DNA of 64,000 nucleotides, taken from Minisyncoccia bacterium (GTDB lineage Bacteria; Patescibacteriota; Minisyncoccia; Phycocordibacterales; UBA918). Within the stretch, counting starts at the first letter, position 1, and the number at the start of each line of letters is the position of its first letter. The notes below the pieces were generated by a model that was not told the origin of the DNA, did no database searches, and worked only from the letters and a program-made list of their open reading frames with translations. Location of the stretch: contig JBKJIT010000004.1 of the NCBI GenBank assembly GCA_046598345.1, forward strand, positions 329,226 to 393,225, given 5' to 3'. Shown here in pieces: positions 18,982 to 27,880 of the stretch. A program made the translations under genes and the position numbers.

Positions 18982-19004
18982 TTTTTAGAGATAAGCAAAG
19001 CACA

Positions 19005-19033
19005 ACAAAAAACCGCCTTTCGGCGGTTTTTTG
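19005..19033 (+). terminator. Rho-independent terminator
   Basis: aaaaaa-ccgcc-tttc-ggcgg-tttttt. Confidence 0.65.
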
Positions 19034-19062
19034 TTGTGTGATCTTTTTGATATACTTATTGT

Positions 19063-19572
19063 ATGAAAAAATATATTTTTGTCGTACTACTCCTTCTTGG
19101 GTATACCCATTCAGCGGATGCGTATCTCACTACCTCCCAGAACGCCTTCACAGTGGACAATAGATCAGCTATTTTTACGATCGACTTTACATTTGGGCAC
19201 GAGACGCGTGATATATTTATTCCCCTTCCTGCTCTCTTGAATGGAGAAGGAACAAACCCAAATGCGCTTGGTTTTGCTGTACTGGACGAAGATGGGAAAT
19301 CGGTTCCCAGCACTGCTGCGGGGATTGTACTTGGTGGAGTACCACTTAAAAATGGTTTTTATGTAATCCCGAAAGGAAAAGCAGCGACGTTTACCCTACT
19401 TATGATTGTAAAATCTGGCACTACTACAGAAACTGAGCTCCACGCGCAAGTTACCTCTTTACCATTTAATTTTAATGGAACAAGTAAACAAGCACTCAAT
19501 CCTTCAGAACTTCAGTACTACAAGACCCCGAACATCACACTTAACAAGCCCGTTTTTATGCTTCCTCAATAA
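19063..19572 (+). CDS. Secreted hypothetical protein
   Basis: Signal peptide MKKYIFVVLLLLGYTHSADA. No recognised domain. Confidence 0.5.
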   Translation: MKKYIFVVLLLLGYTHSADAYLTTSQNAFTVDNRSAIFTIDFTFGHETRDIFIPLPALLNGEGTNPNALGFAVLDEDGKSVPSTAAGIVLGGVPLKNGFYVIPKGKAATFTLLMIVKSGTTTETELHAQVTSLPFNFNGTSKQALNPSELQYYKTPNITLNKPVFMLPQ

Positions 19573-20818
19573 GTCGCCCCGCATGGCTCCCTGCCACAAA
19601 CCCAGTAGTCCAACAAAGTTGGAGAGAAAACCCACCTGAAGGTCGATTGATATGAAGCACATCTCCCGTGAAGCACAAATTGGGGTAGATTTTCGATGCC
19701 ATAGTCTTTGTATCAACCTCGGTAAGTTCTACTCCACCATCTGAGATCACTGCCCAGTCATAGCCCATAGTGCCAGTCACAGTGAGCGGGAGTGCTTTCC
19801 CCGTATCCACAATATAATTGCGAAGATCCTTTGAAAGACTGTGTACTTTAGTATCGCCGATCCCTTTGTCACAGTGCGAAAGGACCGCCTCATGCATGCC
19901 GGGGGGGAGAAATTCCTTGAGTAAATTGCGAAGGGATTTGTTCTTATGCAAATCTACCTGTGTAAGTAACTCACTTCGGAGTGGGCCAATATCCTTACCC
20001 GGAAATAGATCAATGTGCGCACTGACATCCCCCCCTTGTAGAAGCAACGAAACTTCATGCGAAGCATTAAGAATAAGCGGTCCAGAAATTCCAAAATGGG
20101 TAAAGAGGAGTCTGCCCGTTTTAACTATTTTTTCTTTCCCTGTTCCAAAGGTGATCTGCATTGGTTCGAGCGACTTCCCTGACAGCTTCTTCACCCATGA
20201 CTCCTTCACCTTAAGTGGCACGATCCCCGGGGTGGGCGCATGAACGGTGTGACCTAATGTCGCTGCCCAAGAAATCCATTCTCCGGATGACCCCGTTTTT
20301 GCATATGATTTTCCGCCAGCAGCAAGAATGTACGATTCTGCACTATATACTCCTTCGTTTGTTATTACTCCAGAAATTCTTCCATCTTTAGATTCAAAGC
20401 CACACACCTCTACGTTGCACCTAACCGTAACTTTTCCAGTCTTGAGAAAGGTTTCAAGCGCCCTTGTGACATCCTTCGCGGATTGTGTTTCCGGAAATGC
20501 TCGTTTTCTTGCCTCAACAACGAGCGGTAATCCTCGCTCTGTAAAAAAAGCAAAGGTGTCCTTCATGCCAAACTGTGAAAACGGCGAGTACAAAAAATCA
20601 GCTGCCTTTCCGTATTGCGAGAGGAGTGCATGAACATCTTCCTCAGCATTCGTAATATTGCATCGGCCGCCGCCCGTTTGGGACAACTTCTTTCCTAATT
20701 CAGCATTTTTCTCAAGCAAAAGCACACGTTTGCCTCGCATCGCAGCCACTCCGGCAGCCATCATTCCTGATGCTCCACCTCCAATTACGATAACATCATA
20801 TGACGTAACACTTGACAT
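19556..20818 (-). CDS. FAD-dependent flavoprotein, HI0933/BaiN (aminoacetone oxidase) family
   Basis: YDVIVIGGGASGMMAA, RVLLLEKNAELGKKLSQTGGGRCNITN, and C-terminal FTGDVLHINRPSGGFSLQ. Confidence 0.8.
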   Translation of the reverse strand: MSSVTSYDVIVIGGGASGMMAAGVAAMRGKRVLLLEKNAELGKKLSQTGGGRCNITNAEEDVHALLSQYGKAADFLYSPFSQFGMKDTFAFFTERGLPLVVEARKRAFPETQSAKDVTRALETFLKTGKVTVRCNVEVCGFESKDGRISGVITNEGVYSAESYILAAGGKSYAKTGSSGEWISWAATLGHTVHAPTPGIVPLKVKESWVKKLSGKSLEPMQITFGTGKEKIVKTGRLLFTHFGISGPLILNASHEVSLLLQGGDVSAHIDLFPGKDIGPLRSELLTQVDLHKNKSLRNLLKEFLPPGMHEAVLSHCDKGIGDTKVHSLSKDLRNYIVDTGKALPLTVTGTMGYDWAVISDGGVELTEVDTKTMASKIYPNLCFTGDVLHINRPSGGFSLQLCWTTGFVAGSHAGRLIEEA

Positions 20819-20862
20819 AGTGGCAAAATATTAGCACAATAAGCCTTCGTTTCAAAACCATT

Positions 20863-21576
20863 ATGGAATTCCCTATTCGTATTAATAAATACCTCGCTCA
20901 CTTGGGCTACGCAACAAGGCGGAGCGCAGACAACCTTATTGATGAAGGGAAAGTATTTGTAAATGGAAAGCGTGCGGTAATTGGTCAGCAAATAGCAGAG
21001 GGTGACACCGTGGAGCTTCGTAAAGTTGAAAAAATCACCTATCGCTACATTCTCTACAACAAGCCTCGTGGGGTACTCACACATTCACCTGGCGAGGGGG
21101 AGACTGATATTCTTGCTCGGCTTAAGAAAGATGCAAAAATCACTGGTGTCTTTCCTGTTGGACGTCTTGATAAAGATTCTGAAGGACTCATTTTGCTCAC
21201 TAATGATGGGCGTGTAACTGAGCGACTACTCAGTCCCACTGTTGGTCATGAGAAAGAATACGATGTGACTCTTGATAAAAAAGTAACAAACTGGTTTGTG
21301 CGTCATATAGAGGAAGGTGTAGACATCGAGGGATACCTCACAAAGCCCGCGAAGGCAGTTCCATACCCCAAAGATGATCATCGCGTCACCATTACGCTCA
21401 CCGAGGGTAAAAAACACCAGATTCGTCGCATGTGTGCTGCACTTGGATATCAAGTCACTGCACTCACACGTACTCGTATCATGGGTTTTAAATTGAAAAA
21501 TCTAAAGCCCGGGCAATTCCACGAGCTCACACCGCTCGAAGTAACAGGGTTCTATAAAGCACTTGGACTTAAATAA
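20863..21576 (+). CDS. Pseudouridine synthase, RsuA/RluB family (S4 domain + catalytic domain)
   Basis: RINKYLAHLGYATRRSADNLIDEGKVFVNGK (S4), GRLDKDSEGLILLTNDG (catalytic Asp), KKHQIRRM. Confidence 0.85.
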   Translation: MEFPIRINKYLAHLGYATRRSADNLIDEGKVFVNGKRAVIGQQIAEGDTVELRKVEKITYRYILYNKPRGVLTHSPGEGETDILARLKKDAKITGVFPVGRLDKDSEGLILLTNDGRVTERLLSPTVGHEKEYDVTLDKKVTNWFVRHIEEGVDIEGYLTKPAKAVPYPKDDHRVTITLTEGKKHQIRRMCAALGYQVTALTRTRIMGFKLKNLKPGQFHELTPLEVTGFYKALGLK

Positions 21577-21580
21577 ACAA

Positions 21581-21615
21581 AAAGAACCGCGGCCAGAGGC
21601 CGCGGTTCTTTTTTG
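21581..21615. terminator. Bidirectional Rho-independent terminator between convergent genes
   Basis: aaaa-gaaccgcggcc-agag-gccgcggttc-tttttt. Confidence 0.65.
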
Positions 21616-21624
21616 ATTTGGTGC

Positions 21625-21828
21625 TTATGCGAGCTTTACGTTCACAGCAGCAAGTCCCTTATCTCCTTCCTCAACGTCGTATGACACTGAGTCACCCTCT
21701 TTAAGAGAGTCATACATGAGTCCCTCTACGAGAGAACGTGCATGGAAGAAAAGATCCTTGGTGCCTCCCTCATCAGGAGTAATGAAACCAAATCCTCGGT
21801 CAGTAAGACGAGCGATTTTTCCCTTCAT
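21625..21828 (-). CDS. Cold-shock protein (CspA family, 67 aa)
   Basis: GKIARLTDRGFGFITPDEGGTKDLFFHARSL...GDSVSYDVEEGDKGLAAVNV (RNP1/RNP2 motifs). Confidence 0.85.
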   Translation of the reverse strand: MKGKIARLTDRGFGFITPDEGGTKDLFFHARSLVEGLMYDSLKEGDSVSYDVEEGDKGLAAVNVKLA

Positions 21829-21951
21829 TTTGGATTATCTATTCACTTAATTAAATAATCAAAACCGTTGCGCTACTGATCCGACTACTCAGGCCCCTGT
21901 TTTGTACCTGTATACTACCACGTTATTCTAATTTGGTCGAGCACTCACCCT

Positions 21952-22845
21952 TTATAACGCCCTCAGAATGCGGGCTCGGAGAGACACAAAGTCAGCATAC
22001 CTATAGAAGAAACCTATCTTTTCAGCCATTTCTGTACCTTCCTCCGCATCTCCATAGAGCACAAAATGAGCAAATGATTCCACACTATCTTCGAGCGAAT
22101 TCACTGCAGCGTAGTCAGAAACAAAATCATCTGCGTGATCTTCGGCATATACTGCGGCAGCATCAACCTTTCTTGCTTCGTCCTGCATCCTTGCTAATCG
22201 TGCTTCATGTGCCCGATCCTCAGTACCCCAAAACTCATCTTTGAAACTCTCAAATATACTTTTATTCTCATCCAAGATGATATGTCCAAGTTCATGGATA
22301 AGTAGCTCATCCATATCGCGTGCTGCGTTCAAACCAGTGAGATCTAACCCGTAGGTATTTATACCTAGAATCCAAGTGTCCTCTCCTTCCAAACGCTCAA
22401 CAAAGGCATCGTAGGGTGCATTCTTATTGGAGTAGACTCGAAACTCGCCAACAAGACTCCTGATGTAAGATTCTCCTCCAAGAGCAACAAATCTATTCCA
22501 TAGGTATTCGTGGAGATGTTCTATCTTGGTACTCTCTATCGAAATAAGATCACCTTGTGAATCAACGACATACAGAGCTTCATACCTTCCATGATAAAAC
22601 TGTGAGGGTTCGATTTCATTTCGTGAAGGGATATGGAGGTATTTATTACTCGCCTCCACATTAGCTGTCTTATTTGCTCTTTTTTGGTGCGCGAGTAGCT
22701 TTTCAAGAGCTGTAATTTCTTTTTTTAATACACTAATTAGCTTATAGAGTGCCCCTTTATCGGAAGGAAGCGTTGAAGCTGCAATCGTGACAGCGGGCTG
22801 AAGAATTAATAAGGCAACAACGACTGTAATAAGTATTTTTTTCAT
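21952..22845 (-). CDS. Secreted putative zinc metallopeptidase (HExxH)
   Basis: Signal peptide, HELGHIILDEN zinc-binding motif. No further family assignment possible. Confidence 0.5.
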   Translation of the reverse strand: MKKILITVVVALLILQPAVTIAASTLPSDKGALYKLISVLKKEITALEKLLAHQKRANKTANVEASNKYLHIPSRNEIEPSQFYHGRYEALYVVDSQGDLISIESTKIEHLHEYLWNRFVALGGESYIRSLVGEFRVYSNKNAPYDAFVERLEGEDTWILGINTYGLDLTGLNAARDMDELLIHELGHIILDENKSIFESFKDEFWGTEDRAHEARLARMQDEARKVDAAAVYAEDHADDFVSDYAAVNSLEDSVESFAHFVLYGDAEEGTEMAEKIGFFYRYADFVSLRARILRAL

Positions 22846-23030
22846 GATATTTTCACCTGTTTAGTATGCCGTACTTCATCCTTATGAGCGCTCGTAGAGC
22901 ATTGACATATGATATTTAATGATGTATTATATAGATATTAGTTACCTGATGGAACTTCCACCAGCGTTGTAATCTGACGGAAAATCGGCTCTTTTTAGCT
23001 ACAAAGAGCCGATTTTCCTGATATGGACAT

Positions 23031-23378
23031 ATGACCAAAATCTTCATAATTGCGCTATACACAGCTTTCATAACTTCCCTCTCATGTTTGGGTTCATTTG
23101 CCTATGCCGGCGAGCGTTTCAATAATGAGAATTGGATGAGCCTTCCCCACCCAAAAGTCGTGACTTTCAGCGTTCGAGAAGACGGTAGCGCTTTTGGCCT
23201 CACTGAAAATGGTATTTCATTCGTTCAGTACAACGTACCTAATGATGTTGGTATTCGGGTACAACGATTTGAAATTGAGGATCATTATCACTACATTGTA
23301 GAAGGAGAAATCGTTACGACAAATCATCAGCTTTCGGCTCGCCTTGCACTTGCATACATTTCAAAAATGGGAGCATAA
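23031..23378 (+). CDS. Small secreted hypothetical protein
   Basis: Signal peptide-like N-terminus (IIALYTAFITSLSCLGSFAYA). Confidence 0.45.
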   Translation: MTKIFIIALYTAFITSLSCLGSFAYAGERFNNENWMSLPHPKVVTFSVREDGSAFGLTENGISFVQYNVPNDVGIRVQRFEIEDHYHYIVEGEIVTTNHQLSARLALAYISKMGA

Positions 23379-23383
23379 AACTA

Positions 23384-23416
23384 AAACCCCCGCGGCTACG
23401 CCGCGGGGGTTTTAGT
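23384..23416. terminator. Bidirectional Rho-independent terminator
   Basis: aaaa-cccccgcggc-tac-gccgcggggg-tttt. Confidence 0.65.
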
Positions 23417-23421
23417 TTTCC

Positions 23422-23958
23422 TTACCGTGTTTTCAAATATTCAAGCATCGTTGTCGCATCACTCACTTCAAACGGATCGTGTGGACAGTCATCCATGAAC
23501 CCTGGTTCGACAAACACTTTTTTGATTTCGCCGTCTTCAACATACATCGAGTAGCGCCACGATCGTTTTCCAAAACCAAGATCGTCTTTCTTTACCATCA
23601 TCCCCATCCCTTCAGTGAAGGTGCCTGATCCATCAGGGAGGAGTTGCACGTTATCAACACCCTGCGACTTTCCCCATTGGAACATAACATATGCGTCATT
23701 CACACTGAGACAGATGACTTCATCAACCCCAAGCGCCTTAAACTCATTGTACTTTTCTTCATACCCGGGCAGGTGTGTCGAAGAACATGTTGGGGTAAAT
23801 GCACCTGGAAGTGAGAAGAGAACAATCTTCTTACCCTTAAAGATTTCATCTGTCGTTACATCCTGCCAACGATACGGATTTGGTCCTTCAACGCTTTCGT
23901 CTCGTACTCGTGTTTTAAACGTAACTTGAGGGACATGCGTAGGAATATTGTGAGGCAT
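23422..23958 (-). CDS. Peroxiredoxin, Prx5-like subfamily (thioredoxin fold)
   Basis: [24 protein letters not shown] (peroxidatic Cys in PGAFTPTC context). Confidence 0.8.
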   Translation of the reverse strand: MPHNIPTHVPQVTFKTRVRDESVEGPNPYRWQDVTTDEIFKGKKIVLFSLPGAFTPTCSSTHLPGYEEKYNEFKALGVDEVICLSVNDAYVMFQWGKSQGVDNVQLLPDGSGTFTEGMGMMVKKDDLGFGKRSWRYSMYVEDGEIKKVFVEPGFMDDCPHDPFEVSDATTMLEYLKTR

Positions 23959-24090
23959 AGGTAGGTTTATACTGAATAATTAATATAGATACCGAGTCGT
24001 TTCTTTGTAGAGATGACCATATACGAACATCGAAACCACCTCTCGGTGACATGATATTCTATCTCACTTTCACCTGAATTCAATGTGATC

Positions 24091-24366
24091 TTAGTGAAGT
24101 GAGCTTTCAAGTCTTTTACTCATCACTTGTAAAAATTCCTGAGTATTAGTGCGGTAGAGAGAGACGACCCCTGGATCTTCATTCAAAAGCATACGAAATG
24201 GAGCTGAATAGGCTTCAATCCATTCTACGATCCTCTCTTCTGTAAAACCCATATGCAGGGCGAGTAGTAGCTGAGCCTCATTGGATTCATCGAGGGTCAT
24301 TTCTTGAAAAGAAGAAGACTCAGAATTGTGAGGTTTGTGATTAGAATTTGGCAGCTCTTCCTTCAT
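24091..24366 (-). CDS. Small hypothetical protein
   Basis: ORF immediately downstream of the methyltransferase gene. No recognised domain. Confidence 0.3.
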   Translation of the reverse strand: MKEELPNSNHKPHNSESSSFQEMTLDESNEAQLLLALHMGFTEERIVEWIEAYSAPFRMLLNEDPGVVSLYRTNTQEFLQVMSKRLESSLH

Positions 24367-24377
24367 AGATATGGTAA

Positions 24378-25175
24378 TTATGACACGATCTTAGAACATT
24401 CAACCATAAGGAAAAGTGGAAATTCTTTTCGCGCAGCATCCTCTGCCTTTGATCGGGGACCTTTTTCACTTATGCGATGCGAGATCCACTCTTCTAGACG
24501 AACAATTGAAAATCCAGCGCTGTTAAGCGCCTTCATATAATCCTGAAGTGAACGATGAAATGAGTAGGTCACTGATTTAGTATCCTTTTTACCTGGATGC
24601 ATATCAATTTCTATTCTTCGTTGCGATAGATACACGTCCGACCGGCGATACTGTACGTACTTCTCCTCATCAAAACCCCAACTCGTCTTCCCGGGAATTC
24701 GAAACACAGGATGGTTTAAAATAAACACAAAACGACCATCTGACTTTAGGACCCGAGCAACACCTGAAAAGACAGGTTCGATGCGTTCCATGTTTTGAAG
24801 CGTAAGCACCGCAAGGACGGTATCCATAGATTTTGCTGTAACCCATTCTAAATCCTCAGCCTTAGATACCTTATAGGTAACATTTCCGCCCTTTTCCTTT
24901 CCAATATCAATAAGCTCGCGTGAAATATCACAGGCAGTGACCTCCGCTCCTGTTTTCGCAAGATGTCGTGCAATAAATCCTTCTCCACATCCAATTTCAA
25001 GAATTTTGAGTCCCTTCCTCGCCCCAACAATCCGCTCCACATTCGGTAAAATAACCTTCGCATGATATGTGTCTGCCTCCTCTAGGTGATCGGAATACCA
25101 TTCTGCCTCTTTTCCCCACGAAGTGTCGGGCTTCTTAGTATCCTGTGGTTTTTTGGGTGCCGTATTTTTTTCCAT
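24378..25175 (-). CDS. Class I SAM-dependent methyltransferase
   Basis: LKILEIGCGEGFIARHLAKTGAEVTACDIS (motif I GxGxG) and downstream acidic motif II. Confidence 0.75.
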   Translation of the reverse strand: MEKNTAPKKPQDTKKPDTSWGKEAEWYSDHLEEADTYHAKVILPNVERIVGARKGLKILEIGCGEGFIARHLAKTGAEVTACDISRELIDIGKEKGGNVTYKVSKAEDLEWVTAKSMDTVLAVLTLQNMERIEPVFSGVARVLKSDGRFVFILNHPVFRIPGKTSWGFDEEKYVQYRRSDVYLSQRRIEIDMHPGKKDTKSVTYSFHRSLQDYMKALNSAGFSIVRLEEWISHRISEKGPRSKAEDAARKEFPLFLMVECSKIVS

Positions 25176-25278
25176 ACAAAAAGAGTACCCCGAGTTTGAT
25201 AAAAAAAGAAATGGCGCATGGTCCCGAAGGATCCACGCGCCATATAGTTATGCTTTCAAATCCTTAGTAACCCGAAGG

Positions 25279-26532
25279 TTACATAGCGACAGGATTTGTA
25301 AGTGTGTCCTGCTCCCATCGTCGCGCCATGAACTTGTGAAAGTCATATACGGCACGGTCTGAGACAGGGTCTAGAGGCCCAATCACTTGAGCACCTTTTC
25401 CGTGTGCCGCAAGGATCCTCATACCTTTGTCGCAGCCAAGCGAGAGCTGGGCATCTTCTTGGGCAATACCGTTTTCAGAATCCTTACCCATGTACGCAGC
25501 GATTGCTGCCGTTGCAAGGCCAGGTGCGTGAAGAAGTACTTCCTCGGGAACATAGAACTCCACCACATTGCGAACACCGCCAGATACAGGGATGAACCAA
25601 CTCTTCACGATAAAGTACGGGTAGTGTTCAATGGTGAAGAATCCGTTGTAGTCCGCAATCCAGAACACCTTGCCAACCGTATGATCCACAATACCCATTT
25701 GCTCAACTACCTGAACGCACTTATGGTAGTCAGCCCAGTGTTTACTCATCTTGGCATAGTTGACACGACTCAACCATGATACAACTTGCATGCTTATGCC
25801 CAGATTTGGATTGTAGTCCCGCTTCTGCGTTCTCATTTCAACGACCTCATCGAGCTTCCCTGGGTGCACACCCTTTCCAGGATGGTTAAGATCCTCGAAG
25901 ATAACCATTCCTGTAAAAGCGCTAAAGGGGGCTCGATCGATCCAAACCCGAACAAGTCGATAGTTGGATGGCAAAAACTGCGTGAGGCCGTTTTGACGTG
26001 CGAGAGGCATCTGAAGAATTTGTCGATACGGCTCGAGCTGTTTAGGTGTTCCAATCCAAATCATTCCCCCAATTACCTCGATCGATTGCTCAGGTTGAAC
26101 TGCAGAATGAAGGTTGGTGCAATGTTGTTCAGGTTCGATTTCTGTCCCCCTCGCAACTTTGAGCTTAATGGGTGCATGATGTACACCTTCTGCATCATAT
26201 CCCCACTTGTGTCCACCACAATGGCTGCGGCCGTTAGTGAGCGAACCCATATACCCTGCTTTCCAATCGTCATCAGGAAGATACACCGGGCGATGATAGT
26301 GCGAACATACATTAAGGAGATAATTGAGTTTTCCCTTACTATCCGAAGTAAGGTAGCAGGATCCATCCGTGGTTGCAGGAACGTAAAACCGGTTTGGTTC
26401 CTTCATCCAGTACTCAGGCCCTCCATATGACGCTGCACCCCCGACGTGTGTGCGGAGAAATTGATTGAATTCCTGGGAAACAAGTTCCCCCGCAGGAATA
26501 GAGCCATACAGCTGGCCATTAACAATGCTCAT
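25279..26532 (-). CDS. Rieske [2Fe-2S]-like domain oxygenase-type protein (tentative)
   Basis: CSHYHRP...(26 aa)...CGGHKW resembles a CxH...CxxH Rieske centre. Size (417 aa) fits Rieske oxygenase alpha subunits. The spacing is atypical. Confidence 0.45.
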   Translation of the reverse strand: MSIVNGQLYGSIPAGELVSQEFNQFLRTHVGGAASYGGPEYWMKEPNRFYVPATTDGSCYLTSDSKGKLNYLLNVCSHYHRPVYLPDDDWKAGYMGSLTNGRSHCGGHKWGYDAEGVHHAPIKLKVARGTEIEPEQHCTNLHSAVQPEQSIEVIGGMIWIGTPKQLEPYRQILQMPLARQNGLTQFLPSNYRLVRVWIDRAPFSAFTGMVIFEDLNHPGKGVHPGKLDEVVEMRTQKRDYNPNLGISMQVVSWLSRVNYAKMSKHWADYHKCVQVVEQMGIVDHTVGKVFWIADYNGFFTIEHYPYFIVKSWFIPVSGGVRNVVEFYVPEEVLLHAPGLATAAIAAYMGKDSENGIAQEDAQLSLGCDKGMRILAAHGKGAQVIGPLDPVSDRAVYDFHKFMARRWEQDTLTNPVAM

Positions 26533-26694
26533 GTGAACGTTCCTTATAGTCAGAACACTTATTGAAGAACCGAACCAAACATAGTTTGGAGTAAAAATCA
26601 GACCACATATTACCCCAAAGTGTCAAAATGGGCAAGCCATATATTTCATCATAATTTCATCCTTTTCTCTCTAAATGTGCGATAATCAACTCAC

Positions 26695-27738
26695 ATGAAA
26701 GGAGGGAGAATCATCATTGGAGGAATTAAGAAGAAATTCCCTATTAAAAGAACGGCTGCTCTCATTGGGAGCGCCCTGCTTGTGCTTTTTATTGTGATTA
26801 CATTGGGTGCACGCTACCAGTTCCAAAAACTGGATCGTGTGGCAGAGGTTGGAGGAGGTGCAGTGACCGTACCCGAAGTCACCTCCTTCCCCATTGGAGT
26901 AAACCCCAAGGAAAAGACAATCACTGAAAACATACTCGTCGACAACTATTATCGCGAGAATATTTCATCTCGAAATCTGTCTGTAAGCCCGTCAGGGTGG
27001 TTTACTAAGGCACTATCCCAACTGGCGCTCTCGAATGTGTTTCAGAACCTCGCTTCACTCTCAACTCGCATACTCGTTATTGACTCAGGCGAACGGAAAG
27101 AAGAAGTCGTCTCACATTTCGCTAAAATTCTGGACTGGAACGAATCACAAAAACAGATCTTCCTTACTTCAATTTCAGGCACCACGCCGGAGGTCGCTGA
27201 CGGTAAATTCTTTCCGGGTACATACATTGTGGCGCGAAAAGCCCCACCTGAAGAGGTGAGTCCACTTATTGTAAGTAAATTTGAAGAAGAAGTTCTAGCG
27301 CATTATCCAGCAGAAATTGAATCACTCATTCCACTTGCGGATACGCTTACTATTGCCTCTCTCTTAGAGCGTGAGGCATATGACTTTACCGACATGCGTG
27401 AGATTTCCGGCGTGATCTGGAATCGCCTTTTTGCTGATATGAACCTGCAACTCGATGCAACCTTACAGTACGCAAAAGGTGCGCGTACTCATTCTTGGTG
27501 GCCCCGCGTCGTGCCCGAAGATAAGTATATTGAGTCTGCATTCAATACATACGAAAACTCTGGCCTACCCCCTGCTCCGATTGCCAACCCTTCTCTTGAA
27601 GCGATTCTCGCCGCACTTAACCCACTCAAAACTGATTGTATGTATTACTTCCACGACCGAAAGGCAGGATTCCACTGTTCTGCGACCTACGAAGAGCATG
27701 TTCGCCTCCTTAAGGAATACTACGGCCAAGGAAAATAG
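26695..27738 (+). CDS. mltG: Endolytic murein transglycosylase MltG (YceG-like)
   Basis: N-terminal TM, then FFPGTYIV, TIASLLEREA, ISGVIWNRL..MNLQLDATLQY, NTYENSGLPPAPIANPSLEAILAALNP. Confidence 0.85.
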   Translation: MKGGRIIIGGIKKKFPIKRTAALIGSALLVLFIVITLGARYQFQKLDRVAEVGGGAVTVPEVTSFPIGVNPKEKTITENILVDNYYRENISSRNLSVSPSGWFTKALSQLALSNVFQNLASLSTRILVIDSGERKEEVVSHFAKILDWNESQKQIFLTSISGTTPEVADGKFFPGTYIVARKAPPEEVSPLIVSKFEEEVLAHYPAEIESLIPLADTLTIASLLEREAYDFTDMREISGVIWNRLFADMNLQLDATLQYAKGARTHSWWPRVVPEDKYIESAFNTYENSGLPPAPIANPSLEAILAALNPLKTDCMYYFHDRKAGFHCSATYEEHVRLLKEYYGQGK

Positions 27739-27775
27739 ATCAAACAGTTGCTTTCTCAATAGCTTGTCGGACAAT

Positions 27776-27814
27776 ATAAACACACCGCCGGGCTTCGCCC
27801 GGCGGTGTGTTTAT
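27776..27814 (+). terminator. Hairpin terminator / dispersed hairpin repeat (family member 1)
   Basis: ataaacacaccgccgggc-ttcg-cccggcggtgtgtttat (16-bp stem) after the mltG stop. Confidence 0.55.
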
Positions 27815-27880
27815 AAGACCACATAGTTGTGAGGTGCCTCTAGTACTATTGAATATAAAGCCTCATTTAATTCTTTATTT

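Noticed and set aside
25786-26430. 214-aa plus-strand ORF
   Set aside because: It lies entirely antisense within the longer Rieske-like minus-strand gene. It has no motif support.
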